From positions 1,641 through 65,640 of the forward strand of contig JAUNAF010000003.1 in NCBI GenBank assembly GCA_030527715.1: DNA of 64,000 nucleotides, read 5' to 3'. The notes beneath the pieces were generated by a model. That model was not told the DNA's origin, ran no database searches, and was given only the letters and a program-made list of their open reading frames with translations. The stretch comes from Eubacteriales bacterium (GTDB lineage Bacteria > Bacillota > Clostridia > Lachnospirales > Lachnospiraceae). Both the position numbers and the translations under genes were made by a program. This document shows, in pieces, positions 56,052-64,000 of this stretch (position 1 is the stretch's first letter; every line of letters starts with the position of its first letter).

Positions 56052-56615
56052 ATGGAAAAGATCATACTGGCAAGTGCATCACCGAGAAGAAGGGAACTGC
56101 TCACACAGGCACAGATTCCGTTTGAGGTGCAGGTCAGTGAGGCTGAGGAGATCATCACGAAGACAGATCCGGGAGAAGTGGTAGAAGAACTTTCTTATAT
56201 AAAGGCTTCGGCGGTTGCCGAAAAGTTTCCGGGACGCTGGGTGCTTGGAGCGGATACGGTAGTTGCACTGCAGGGAGAGATCCTCGGAAAGCCGGCAGAT
56301 GAGACGGATGCCCGCAGAATGCTTGGGGAACTGCAGGGACAGACACACCAGGTATACACAGGTGTGACATTGATGAAGGATGGTGAGATCCACACCTTTC
56401 ATGAGGCAACACAGGTGAAGGTGTCGGAGATGAGTGAGGAGGAGATCCTGCACTATATTGCCGGAGGCGAACCGATGGATAAGGCGGGAGCCTACGGAAT
56501 CCAGGGAAGCTTCGCGGTGTTTATCGAAGGCATTGAAGGGGATTATAACAACGTTGTCGGTCTGCCGATCGCAGCAGTATATCGTGCGATCAGAAGACTT
56601 CAGATTGCAGAGTGA
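56052..56615 (+). CDS. maf: Maf-family nucleoside triphosphate pyrophosphatase
   Basis: MEKIILASASPRRRELL.. and KAGAYGIQG. The start choice among three nearby ATGs is uncertain. Confidence 0.9.
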   Translation: MEKIILASASPRRRELLTQAQIPFEVQVSEAEEIITKTDPGEVVEELSYIKASAVAEKFPGRWVLGADTVVALQGEILGKPADETDARRMLGELQGQTHQVYTGVTLMKDGEIHTFHEATQVKVSEMSEEEILHYIAGGEPMDKAGAYGIQGSFAVFIEGIEGDYNNVVGLPIAAVYRAIRRLQIAE

Positions 56616-56635
56616 AAGTTCCTGTGATATAATAA

Positions 56636-56812
56636 TTCGGCAACTGTTGTTTCACCTGATCAGGAAAACTGGGAAGCCGGTGCAAGTCCGGCACAGCTAC
56701 CTCTACTGTAAGCGGAGACGAGGGAACAAGAGCCACTGAAGGTATACTTTGGGAAGGCGTTCCTGAGGAAGAAACGCAAGTCAGGAGACCGACTGAGCAG
56801 GGAACATGATTT
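56636..56812 (+). promoter_or_regulatory. Cobalamin (B12) riboswitch
   Basis: Conserved core GGGAAGCCGGTGCAAGTCCGGCAC..ACTGTAAGCGG..GCCACTG..TGGGAAGGCG and B12 box AAGTCAGGAGACCGAC. Preceded by an extended -10, TGATATAAT (56625-56633). The downstream TTCCTC could pair with the RBS GAGGAG. Confidence 0.85.
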
Positions 56813-56842
56813 CCTCTGGGTAGATGAGGAGAAAGGGAAAAA

Positions 56843-57817
56843 ATGAAGAGAAAAGTATTAGCAATGATGCTGGCTGCAGCAATGACAGTTTCAGCAGCAG
56901 GTGTTCTGGCATCTGCAGAGGGACAGTATCCGGTAACTTATTCCGAGAATCTGGACGGAAACGATTATGAGTTTTCCATCGAGCAGTCTCCGACAAGGGC
57001 AGTGTCCATGTCTCAGGCAACGACCGAGATGATGCTGGCACTCGGACTCTCAGACAAGATGGCAGGCACCGCCTTCCTTGAGGAGGAGATCTACGAGCCG
57101 CTTGCAGCAGAGTATGAGAAGGTTCCGGTACTGGCAGAGAAGTGGCCTTCCTATGAAGTATTTATGGCAGCAGATCCGGACTTTACGACCGGATGGGCAG
57201 TGCCGTTCACGAAGAGAGCCATCGAGGCAGCAACGATCGTAGAGCAGAATATTCCGATCTTTGTTCCGGAGTCCATGCTGAGTTCCGAGGCAGATCTGGA
57301 TACCTTCTTTGGAGATATGCTGACCTATGGAAAGATCTTTGATGCAGAGGAAACTGCAGAGAAGTTTGTCGCTGACGAGAAGGAAAAGCTTGCAGCAGTG
57401 CAGGAGCAGCTCACCGATCTTCAGGAGAAGAGCGTATTTATCTATGACTCTGAGGATGATCAGCCGTACACCGTCTACGAAGGATATACTACAAATCTGC
57501 TGAACCTGATCGGCGCAAAGAATGTGCTCTCAGGACAGGGTGTGGATAAGACCTGGGATACCGCAAGCTGGGAAGAAGTCGTTGCGGCAAATCCGGAATA
57601 TATTCTGATCTGTGATTACGGTGTAAGTGCCAGAAATACCGATGACTTTGACCAGAAGGTTGAAAAGCTGAAGGCAAATGAGGCACTTGCAGATGTAGAT
57701 GCAGTGAAAAACGGCAACTTTGTACGAGTTAAGCTTTCCGAGATTACACCGGGTGTCCGCAGCGTAGATGCGCTGGTTCGTCTGGCAGGAGAAATTCATG
57801 GAATCGAGACAGAGTAA
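56843..57817 (+). CDS. Corrinoid/iron-siderophore-type ABC substrate-binding protein (BtuF-like)
   Basis: 324 aa, class III periplasmic-binding fold by context. Signal peptide without Cys. Follows the B12 riboswitch directly. Confidence 0.8.
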   Translation: MKRKVLAMMLAAAMTVSAAGVLASAEGQYPVTYSENLDGNDYEFSIEQSPTRAVSMSQATTEMMLALGLSDKMAGTAFLEEEIYEPLAAEYEKVPVLAEKWPSYEVFMAADPDFTTGWAVPFTKRAIEAATIVEQNIPIFVPESMLSSEADLDTFFGDMLTYGKIFDAEETAEKFVADEKEKLAAVQEQLTDLQEKSVFIYDSEDDQPYTVYEGYTTNLLNLIGAKNVLSGQGVDKTWDTASWEEVVAANPEYILICDYGVSARNTDDFDQKVEKLKANEALADVDAVKNGNFVRVKLSEITPGVRSVDALVRLAGEIHGIETE

Positions 57818-58853
57818 GGTGATTCGGAAAAATGGGGGACTTTCCCCCATTTTTCTTATTTTACTGCTGATACTGATCACAGCAGCAGTCGGCATCGGCT
57901 CACTGTTTGTCGGCTCGGTCAGGCTGGATGTCTCAGAGGTGCTGGGAATCCTGGCTGATGCACTGAAGGGCAGGAAGGGTGAGAATGCCAACCTTTGGAA
58001 TCTGATCATCAGGATCCGGCTTCCGAGAATTCTGATGACACTTCTGGCAGGAGCTATTCTGAGCGTCGTCGGAATTCTGATGCAGACGATCACGAGAAAT
58101 CCGCTGGCAGAGCCGTTCGTGCTCGGCGTATCCTCAGGTGCAAGTACCGGTGCGGTCGGGGCGATCGTTCTGGGATGGTGTTCCTTTATGGGCAATGGCA
58201 AGACCTTCTTTGCTGCCTTTGTCGGCAGCTTCGCAGCGATCGTTATCGTTTTGCTGCTGCAGGGCAGGAGTGCCAGTCCGGTGCGGCTGGTCCTGACCGG
58301 TATGGGAGTTTCCTCCTTCTTTCAGGCGGCAACCACACTGATCGTCTATTCCGCACAGAACGAATCACAGTCCAGATCGGCAATGTTCTGGATCACGGGT
58401 TCTTTTTCCGGAGTTTCCTGGAAGGATCTTCCGCTTCCGCTGGCAGCATTTCTGCTCCTTCTGTTATTCTGCCAGATCATAGGAAAGGAGCTGGATCTGC
58501 TTCTGCTTGGTCAGACAGCGGCGGCTCAGACCGGTCTGAATGTCAGAAGACTGCAGCTGATCGTGGTGGCAGCTGCATCCGCGGCGGTGGCGGTGATCGT
58601 TGCAGAGTCCGGCGTGATCGGATTTGTGGGACTGATCATTCCGCATATTATGAGAAAATTTGCAGGCGTAAAGCATCGTCTGCTGGTGCTGGCCTCCGCA
58701 CTTGGAGGAGCGGCATTTCTGGCAGCGGCAGATTCCATTGCGAGGACTGTCTTCGCACCGAGAGAGGTTCCGATCGGAATCATGACCTCATTCGTAGGCG
58801 CACCGATTTTTATTTTGATCATTAAGAGGGCATACAGTGAAGATAGAGATTAA
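57798..58853 (+). CDS. FecCD-family ABC permease (BtuC-like)
   Basis: 351 aa from the ATG at 57798, after GGAG. Polytopic, with the typical LTGMGVSSFF and GLIIPHIMR motifs. Confidence 0.88.
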   Translation: MESRQSKVIRKNGGLSPIFLILLLILITAAVGIGSLFVGSVRLDVSEVLGILADALKGRKGENANLWNLIIRIRLPRILMTLLAGAILSVVGILMQTITRNPLAEPFVLGVSSGASTGAVGAIVLGWCSFMGNGKTFFAAFVGSFAAIVIVLLLQGRSASPVRLVLTGMGVSSFFQAATTLIVYSAQNESQSRSAMFWITGSFSGVSWKDLPLPLAAFLLLLLFCQIIGKELDLLLLGQTAAAQTGLNVRRLQLIVVAAASAAVAVIVAESGVIGFVGLIIPHIMRKFAGVKHRLLVLASALGGAAFLAAADSIARTVFAPREVPIGIMTSFVGAPIFILIIKRAYSEDRD

Positions 58854-59589
58854 AAACCTGGATTACCGGATCGGAAAAAAACAGCTGCTGAACAATATTT
58901 CCATGGAATTTTCCGGAAAAAGAATGATCGGTCTGCTCGGCCCGAACGGTTCCGGAAAGACTACGCTTTTGCGGCATCTCTACCGTGAGCTTCCGTCAAA
59001 GGGGGCGGTCTGTGTGGACGGGCAGGACATTGCCGATTGCAATCGGAGAGCACTTGCTCAGAAGATTGCCGTGATGGCGCAGAGAATGTCTCAGACGGAC
59101 AGCGGGCTGACGGTGTCGGATATCGTGCAGATGGGCAGATATCCGTACAAGGGACTGCTCGAACAGTATGACGAGCAGGATGAACGCATGGTGGAGGAGG
59201 CTCTTGCGAGGACCGGTCTCACCGAACTGCGGCATCGCAGACTGGGAACCATGAGCGGCGGAGAAGTGCAGAGGGCAATGATCGCAAAGTGCTTTGTGCA
59301 GGATCCGGAAGTGATCATTCTGGATGAGCCGACGAATCATCTGGATATCAAATACAAGTTGGAGCTGATGCAGCTGCTGACAGACTACGACGGGCTGGTG
59401 ATCCTGACCCTGCATGACCTGGATCTGGCGGCGAGATACTGTGATTATCTGTATATTCTGAAGGACGGAAGCCTCTGTGCGGAAGGAAAACCAGCGGAAG
59501 TGCTGACGGAAGAGCTGCTGGAGCAGGTATTTGAAGTTCACTTTCATGTGATGAGAGATGGAGATCAGATTTATCTGAATATCGGTTAG
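58837..59589 (+). CDS. ABC transporter ATP-binding protein (BtuD/FepC-like)
   Basis: 250 aa with a GTG start. Walker A GPNGSGKTT, signature MSGGEVQR and Walker B IILDEP. Confidence 0.92.
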   Translation: MKIEIKNLDYRIGKKQLLNNISMEFSGKRMIGLLGPNGSGKTTLLRHLYRELPSKGAVCVDGQDIADCNRRALAQKIAVMAQRMSQTDSGLTVSDIVQMGRYPYKGLLEQYDEQDERMVEEALARTGLTELRHRRLGTMSGGEVQRAMIAKCFVQDPEVIILDEPTNHLDIKYKLELMQLLTDYDGLVILTLHDLDLAARYCDYLYILKDGSLCAEGKPAEVLTEELLEQVFEVHFHVMRDGDQIYLNIG

Positions 59590-59606
59590 AAAAGAACGGA
59601 GAACAG

Positions 59607-59644
59607 AATGTCAACCAACTGTAAAAAGTGGTTGACATTTTTTG
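59607..59644 (+). terminator. Rho-independent terminator of the B12 transporter operon
   Basis: AATGTCAACCA-actgtaaaaag-TGGTTGACATT followed by TTTTT. Confidence 0.8.
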
Positions 59645-59666
59645 CGTTCTCGCATAGAATCGTATC

Positions 59667-59694
59667 TGTTAACTGAAACTTCAAAATGGTTAAC
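59667..59694 (+). promoter_or_regulatory. Candidate BirA operator upstream of bioY
   Basis: TGTTAAC-N15-GTTAAC inverted repeat 43 nt upstream of the bioY start. It matches the Firmicute BirA-site architecture as remembered (TGTTAAC-N14/15-GTTAACA). Confidence 0.5.
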
Positions 59695-59736
59695 GGAAAT
59701 AATGAACTTAATTGATATAAACGGAGGATATGTTTT

Positions 59737-60306
59737 ATGTCTGAGAAAAGAAGCTCAAAGACCATGATCGTTGTGCTGACGGGAATGTTCGCAGCAGTGC
59801 TGGCAGTGCTTTCACAGCTGTCGATTCCGATGCCGTCAGGAGTTCCGGTGACCCTGCAGACTTTTGCAGTTGCACTGACCGCCTATGTGCTTGGATGGAA
59901 GGTGGGAACGCTTGCAACGGTAGTCTATGTCCTGATCGGAGCAGTAGGAGTACCGGTATTTGCAAATCTCCATGGCGGCGTGGGAGTGCTGGTTGGCGCG
60001 ACCGGTGGATTTATCTGGGGCTTCATTCTGATGGTGCTGCTTCTGGGATTTGCACTGGAGGCAAAGAATAAGGTGCTTCTGGTGGTGCTGTCTGCAGCAG
60101 GACTGGCAGTGTGTCATCTGCTCGGTATTCTGCAGTTTATGGCTGTCATGAATGCGAACGGAAAGGGCATGAGTTTCGCAGCAGCTGCCATGCTGGTATC
60201 CGTTCCGTATCTTCTGAAAGATATCATCTCTGTTGCGGCTGCTTACTTCCTGGCAATGGCAGTGCGCAGAGGTCTGCGTGCGGCGAATCTTCAGGTGGCT
60301 GTATAA
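59737..60306 (+). CDS. bioY: Biotin transporter S component BioY
   Basis: 189 aa with about 6 TM segments. LSQLSIPMPSGVPVTLQTFAVAL and GATGGFIWGF are typical of BioY. Confidence 0.9.
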   Translation: MSEKRSSKTMIVVLTGMFAAVLAVLSQLSIPMPSGVPVTLQTFAVALTAYVLGWKVGTLATVVYVLIGAVGVPVFANLHGGVGVLVGATGGFIWGFILMVLLLGFALEAKNKVLLVVLSAAGLAVCHLLGILQFMAVMNANGKGMSFAAAAMLVSVPYLLKDIISVAAAYFLAMAVRRGLRAANLQVAV

Positions 60307-60740
60307 TGCGTGCCCTGAGAGTTCACCATGTGCTCTGCCTGCCGCTGTTTGTCGGTGAGGGATACAGCGACGGCTTCAGCAGAAATATGAGTGAGAAAAA
60401 ATCCTGGCTGAATGCACATCGGGAGGAAAAACTGACGATCGTCTGTCAGCCGGATGAGATCTGTGCTCACTGTCCGAATCTCAAAACAGTGTCGATGGAC
60501 TGGCAGACTCTGGTCTGCAGTGACAAGGGAAATCAGGTACAGAAAAAGGATGAAGATCTGGCAGAGATGCTGGGTCTTTCCTGCCCTATAGAACTGAGCT
60601 GGAGAGAACTGCTGAACTGTGCGGTGGAAAAGATGAACGAGGAACGCTTTCTGAAGTCCTGCGGCCGCTGTGAATGGTATGAAAGAGGGCTCTGCAATTA
60701 TCAGCTCTGGAGAGAAAATGCGGACAGAATTCTTGAATAG
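60306..60740 (+). CDS. Cys-rich DUF1284-like protein
   Basis: 144 aa from the ATG at 60306 (TAATG overlap with the bioY stop). MRALRVHHVLCLPLFVGEGYS.. plus CQPDEICAHCPN and CGRCEWYERGLC. The family name is from memory. Confidence 0.55.
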   Translation: MRALRVHHVLCLPLFVGEGYSDGFSRNMSEKKSWLNAHREEKLTIVCQPDEICAHCPNLKTVSMDWQTLVCSDKGNQVQKKDEDLAEMLGLSCPIELSWRELLNCAVEKMNEERFLKSCGRCEWYERGLCNYQLWRENADRILE

Positions 60741-60827
60741 TGCTATAATAGAAGCAGCCTGAAAAGCTTGCTCTGATGCCGTTTGGAGCGAGAGTGGTGT
60801 GATCAAATACAAATATGATGATTATGA

Positions 60828-60884
60828 AGGAGCTGTCGCTTCTTGCAACACAGTTGTTGTGAGTGGGCGATGGCTCCTTTTTTG
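60828..60884 (+). terminator. Rho-independent terminator after the bioY/DUF1284 pair
   Basis: Imperfect long hairpin AAGGAGCTGTCGC..GCGATGGCTCCTT followed by TTTTT. Confidence 0.65.
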
Positions 60885-60926
60885 CTCAATCGCCGTCAGA
60901 GCTGTCTGCGCGGTATGAAATAAGGA

Positions 60927-60954
60927 TGAAAAACAATGTTTTCATATATGAAAA
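60927..60954. promoter_or_regulatory. Overlapping palindromes (candidate operator 1) upstream of the ribose-type ABC operon
   Basis: TGAAAAACAATGTTTTCA (near-palindrome) overlaps the perfect 16-bp palindrome TTTTCATATATGAAAA (60939-60954). Confidence 0.45.
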
Positions 60955-60981
60955 TACGGATTCCAAAAATGAAAATAATCC

Positions 60982-61010
60982 TTGACAGCTAATTGTTCAA
61001 ATGCTACAAT
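60982..61010 (+). promoter_or_regulatory. Consensus-like sigma-A promoter of the ribose-type ABC operon
   Basis: TTGACA (60982-60987), 17 nt spacer, TACAAT (61005-61010). Confidence 0.6.
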
Positions 61011-61092
61011 AATTTCAATGAAAAGTTCGGAAAATTAAAAAATATATGAAAAATATAAAAACATCAAAAATGTGCTGACGTTGTAATGACGA

Positions 61093-61116
61093 GAAAAACG
61101 TTTTCATATTTGAAAA
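61093..61116. promoter_or_regulatory. Second copy of the overlapping palindromes (candidate operator 2, LacI/cre-like) in the 5' UTR
   Basis: GAAAAACGTTTTC (core AAAACGTTTT is a perfect palindrome) overlaps TTTTCATATTTGAAAA. The right arm CGTTTTCA fits the LacI-family half-site. Confidence 0.45.
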
Positions 61117-61199
61117 ATATGTGCAAAACAGAAAGTGATGGCGCCGATGCTTTCTGTGCGAGATAAAGTATACAAAATTTATAAGGAGGAAAAATTATT

Positions 61200-62285
61200 A
61201 TGAGCAGAAAGATGTTGAGAAACCTGTTAGTTGCAGGAGTTGCAGCTGGTACATTGGCTGGATTTGGTATGACCGGCCAGGCAGCAGACGGTGGTTATAC
61301 GTTCGCTATGCTGGTTCCGACGATGAACCACGAGTACTTTGAGAACTGTGTATCATTTGCAAACAGCTGTGCTGAGGCATTTGGATGTACAGTAAATGTC
61401 TACAACGCAGATAATAACGCTGATACGATGAGCAAAAACGTAGAGGATGCGATCGCAGCAGGCGTTGACGGTATCCTGATCGACCCGTACTATGCTTCCG
61501 GTATGAAGTGTGCAGAGATGTGCGAAGCAGCTGGTATCCCGATGATCGCATTTGACTCTGATATCGAAGAGTTTGGACCGCAGGGCGACTATACACAGTA
61601 CATCAGCTTTATCGGACCGGATGATGCTGACGCTGGTTACAACATGGCATGCAATCTGTTTGATATGGCAACTCCGGATGAGGACGGCACCATCTATGTA
61701 GGTGTTGTACAGGGAACTCCGGGTACCGCAGTAGCGATCAACCGTGAGGTTGGTTTCGACAAGGCTCTGGCAGAGTACACCGATAAGGGCGTTAAGATCG
61801 AAGTCGTAGGTCGTGTAAACGGTGACTTCGCAGCAGAGACATCCCTTCCGGCAACCGAGGATCTTCTGCAGAAGGCAGAGAAGATCAATGGTATCTGGGC
61901 AGCGAACGGCGGAACAGCTACCGGCGTTATGGCAGCATGTAAGAATGCAGGCCTTGAGCTTGGCAAGGACATCACCATCGTTGGTATGGATCTGAACTCC
62001 TCCAATGTTAAGGCAGTAGAAGACGGCGAGCTCCAGTATGATATCGGCGGACACTGGCTGATCGGCGGTTACGCAGTGATCCAGATGGTAGATTACCTGA
62101 ACGGTTATGAGATCAAGAACCCGAAGACGATCCTGAAGCTTCTCCCGATCACTCAGGATACCGTTGACAAGTTCTATAAAGATTATCCGGACAACATCCC
62201 GGCAAACTTTGATATCAAGGCAGCCAGCCAGGCAAACGGCGGCGATGCTGAGTACAGCTCTTTCGAATTCAAGTTCAGTGAGTAA
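61200..62285 (+). CDS. Sugar ABC transporter substrate-binding protein (RbsB-like, periplasmic binding protein type I)
   Basis: 361 aa with a signal peptide lacking Cys. YTFAMLVPTMNHEYF and ILIDPYY are typical of CUT2 binding proteins. Confidence 0.85.
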   Translation: MSRKMLRNLLVAGVAAGTLAGFGMTGQAADGGYTFAMLVPTMNHEYFENCVSFANSCAEAFGCTVNVYNADNNADTMSKNVEDAIAAGVDGILIDPYYASGMKCAEMCEAAGIPMIAFDSDIEEFGPQGDYTQYISFIGPDDADAGYNMACNLFDMATPDEDGTIYVGVVQGTPGTAVAINREVGFDKALAEYTDKGVKIEVVGRVNGDFAAETSLPATEDLLQKAEKINGIWAANGGTATGVMAACKNAGLELGKDITIVGMDLNSSNVKAVEDGELQYDIGGHWLIGGYAVIQMVDYLNGYEIKNPKTILKLLPITQDTVDKFYKDYPDNIPANFDIKAASQANGGDAEYSSFEFKFSE

Positions 62286-62326
62286 TCAGCTGTATTGTAA
62301 AATAATGTGATAATGTAAATAGGAAG

Positions 62327-62366
62327 AGGGTTTTTACTGAAGTAAATTTCGGGAAAAACCCTTTTC
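62327..62366 (+). terminator. Intra-operon hairpin/attenuator after the binding-protein gene
   Basis: AGGGTTTTT-actgaagtaaatttcggg-AAAAACCCT followed by TTTCC. Confidence 0.55.
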
Positions 62367-62400
62367 CTGAAAATATTCTCCAATGACCGGAGGGGACTAG

Positions 62401-63882
62401 ATGATACTCGAAGCAAGAAATGTGAAAAAAAGATTTGGTCCGACGATTGCGCTTGACCGGGCGTATGTGCAGCTTCGTTCCGGTGAGGTCAATGCGCTGG
62501 TAGGTGAAAATGGAGCGGGAAAATCGACGATCCTGAAAGCAATTGCCGGAGTGCACCATATGGACGAAGGTGCAATCACCATTGATGGAAAAGAAATTGA
62601 GATCCACAGCATGAAAGATGCAGTGGCCAACGGAATCAGCATCGTATTCCAGGAGAGTACGATCAATCCGTATATTACGATCGCTGAAAATATTTTTATT
62701 GACAGATTGAGTGATTACAGAAAATTACTTCTGGGAATCGACTGGAAGAGACTGAACAGTGATGCTCAGAAAATTCTCGATTCCATGGAGTCTGGAATAG
62801 ACGTAAAGACAGATATCCGGGATCTGAATCTCGGACAGTGGAAGCTGATCGAGGTAGCGAGAGCTCTTTCCAATGATCCGCAGATTCTTCTGCTGGATGA
62901 ATCCACAGCTTTCCTGAATCATAATGAGACGATCAGTTTTATTTCCTCAGTAAAGAAACTGAGAGAGCGCGGGATGGCGATCGGATTTGTATCCCATCAT
63001 ATGCAGGAGGTCTATGATCTTGCAGACCGCATCACAGTCATGCGAGACGGCAAGTTTGTGATCGAGATGCTTCGAAATGAGGTGACACAGGAACGCCTGG
63101 AGTCAGCAATGGTAGGAAGAAGCATCGGAGAAAAGCTGTATCCTCCGAAGCGCGAGACCCCGGCGGAAGAGGTAGTGCTGAAGGTTGAAAATCTGAGCGT
63201 GGAAGGACAGCTGGAGCACGCAGACTTCGAACTGAGAAGAGGAGAGATCCTCGGCATCGGCGGACTGAAGCAGTCGGGCGGAGATGCGATCATCAATGCG
63301 ATCTATGGTGCGGTTCCGATCAGTGAGGGAAGTGTCACGATGGGTAAGGAGACCTACAGCTCCACCAGACCGACAGAGAGTCTTGATCGAAAGATCGCAC
63401 TGCTGCCGGGTGAGAGAACTCTGGAGGGACTGATCGTCAACTTCAGTATCGGTGATAATATCGTCATGTCTGCGGGACCGAGAAAGGGTGTTCTGCGTGA
63501 CAAGAAAAAAGAAAAAGAAATGATTGCGCAGTATGTGGATCAGGTGAGAATCAAGACGGACAATCCGAACAATCCTGCTTCCTCTCTGAGCGGTGGTAAT
63601 ATGCAGAAGGTGGTCATCGGAAAGTGTCTGGCAACAAACCCTGAGGTTCTGCTGCTGAACAACCCGACCCGAGGTATCGATATCAGTGCAAGACAGGAGA
63701 TCTACACACTGATTCGAGGGCTGGCGGATCAGGGACTTTCGATCATCATGCTGACAGAGGATCTGCTGGAGCTTCTTGGCATGAGTGACCGAATACTGAT
63801 TACACGTCATAACAAAATCAGCAAGCAGTTTGAGAAAAATGACGGTCTGACAGAAGAAGATGTGATCAGCTACATTGTATAG
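62401..63882 (+). CDS. Sugar ABC transporter ATP-binding protein (fused double ATPase, RbsA-like)
   Basis: 493 aa with Walker A GENGAGKST, LSGGNMQK and two NBDs. Confidence 0.93.
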   Translation: MILEARNVKKRFGPTIALDRAYVQLRSGEVNALVGENGAGKSTILKAIAGVHHMDEGAITIDGKEIEIHSMKDAVANGISIVFQESTINPYITIAENIFIDRLSDYRKLLLGIDWKRLNSDAQKILDSMESGIDVKTDIRDLNLGQWKLIEVARALSNDPQILLLDESTAFLNHNETISFISSVKKLRERGMAIGFVSHHMQEVYDLADRITVMRDGKFVIEMLRNEVTQERLESAMVGRSIGEKLYPPKRETPAEEVVLKVENLSVEGQLEHADFELRRGEILGIGGLKQSGGDAIINAIYGAVPISEGSVTMGKETYSSTRPTESLDRKIALLPGERTLEGLIVNFSIGDNIVMSAGPRKGVLRDKKKEKEMIAQYVDQVRIKTDNPNNPASSLSGGNMQKVVIGKCLATNPEVLLLNNPTRGIDISARQEIYTLIRGLADQGLSIIMLTEDLLELLGMSDRILITRHNKISKQFEKNDGLTEEDVISYIV

Positions 63883-63899
63883 CAAGAGAGGTGCAGAAT

Positions 63900-64000
63900 A
63901 TGGGCGTAAGCAGTGAAAAGAAAAAAGCGATTCAAATAAGAAAATATTTTCCATTTATCCTTCTGGTCGTGCTGGTGGTGATCTTCACCATCGGAAACAG
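63900..64000 (+). CDS. ABC transporter permease, 5' fragment (continues beyond the window)
   Basis: ATG at 63900 after AGAGAGGTG. MGVSSEKKKAIQIRKYFPFILLVVLVVIFTIGN.. is a hydrophobic start in the expected operon position. Confidence 0.6.
   Translation, partial: MGVSSEKKKAIQIRKYFPFILLVVLVVIFTIGN

Noticed and set aside
57995-58825. A 276-aa alternative-frame ORF within the FecCD permease gene.
   Set aside because: The product is Arg/Ser/Gly-rich and low-complexity, in an overlapping frame of a clearly polytopic permease gene. It is a compositional artefact.
61093-61106. A canonical CcpA cre site upstream of the ribose-type ABC operon.
   Set aside because: The right arm CGTTTTCA fits, but the left arm (GAAAAACG) misses the conserved TG of WTGNAANCGNWNNCW. 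It is kept only as a generic LacI-like operator candidate, not as a cre call.
1-64000. CRISPR arrays, tRNA/rRNA genes, prophage or integrase genes.
   Set aside because: No regularly spaced direct repeats with unique spacers, no cloverleaf-like or rRNA-like segments, and no integrase, terminase or capsid-like ORFs were seen in any intergenic or coding region.

Overview
This is a 64 kb chromosomal segment from a Firmicutes (Clostridia-like) genome of about 50% GC, mostly transcribed on the + strand. The backbone is housekeeping: recA-recX-rny, pgm, prfC, the conserved asp23-nusB-xseA-xseB-ispA-dxs-tlyA-nadK-argR-recN block, glyA, maf, coaX and udk. Four ABC uptake systems are interspersed: a CUT1 sugar system next to a GH13 glucosidase, a BMP-family nucleoside system, a cobalamin-riboswitch-controlled BtuFCD-like system, and a ribose-type sugar system cut by the window end. 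No rRNA, tRNA or CRISPR array was recognised. The window starts inside an IS200/IS605-family tnpB gene just upstream of recA. Five loci deserve a second look. (1) An orphan YjjI/YjjW glycyl-radical enzyme and activase pair sits between the binding-protein gene and the ATPase/permease genes of the nucleoside ABC operon, just downstream of udk. (2) A same-strand cluster encodes a membrane-anchored HNH nuclease, a rhomboid protease, a 756-aa unknown (possibly YceG-like) protein, two TerD paralogues and a Ca2+ P-type ATPase. This resembles a ter/yce stress cluster with a calcium pump in place of TerC/TelA. (3) A 476-bp gap between convergent genes carries eight exact copies of the octamer TTACGGAA/TTCCGTAA, arranged as three spaced inverted-repeat units plus two extra copies. 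(4) A roughly 130-nt interspersed intergenic repeat family has copies or fragments at four loci. (5) An asparagine-synthase homologue lacks the N-terminal Cys nucleophile and is translationally coupled to an amino-acid:cation symporter. All functional calls come from motif recognition by eye and gene context. No database search was run.
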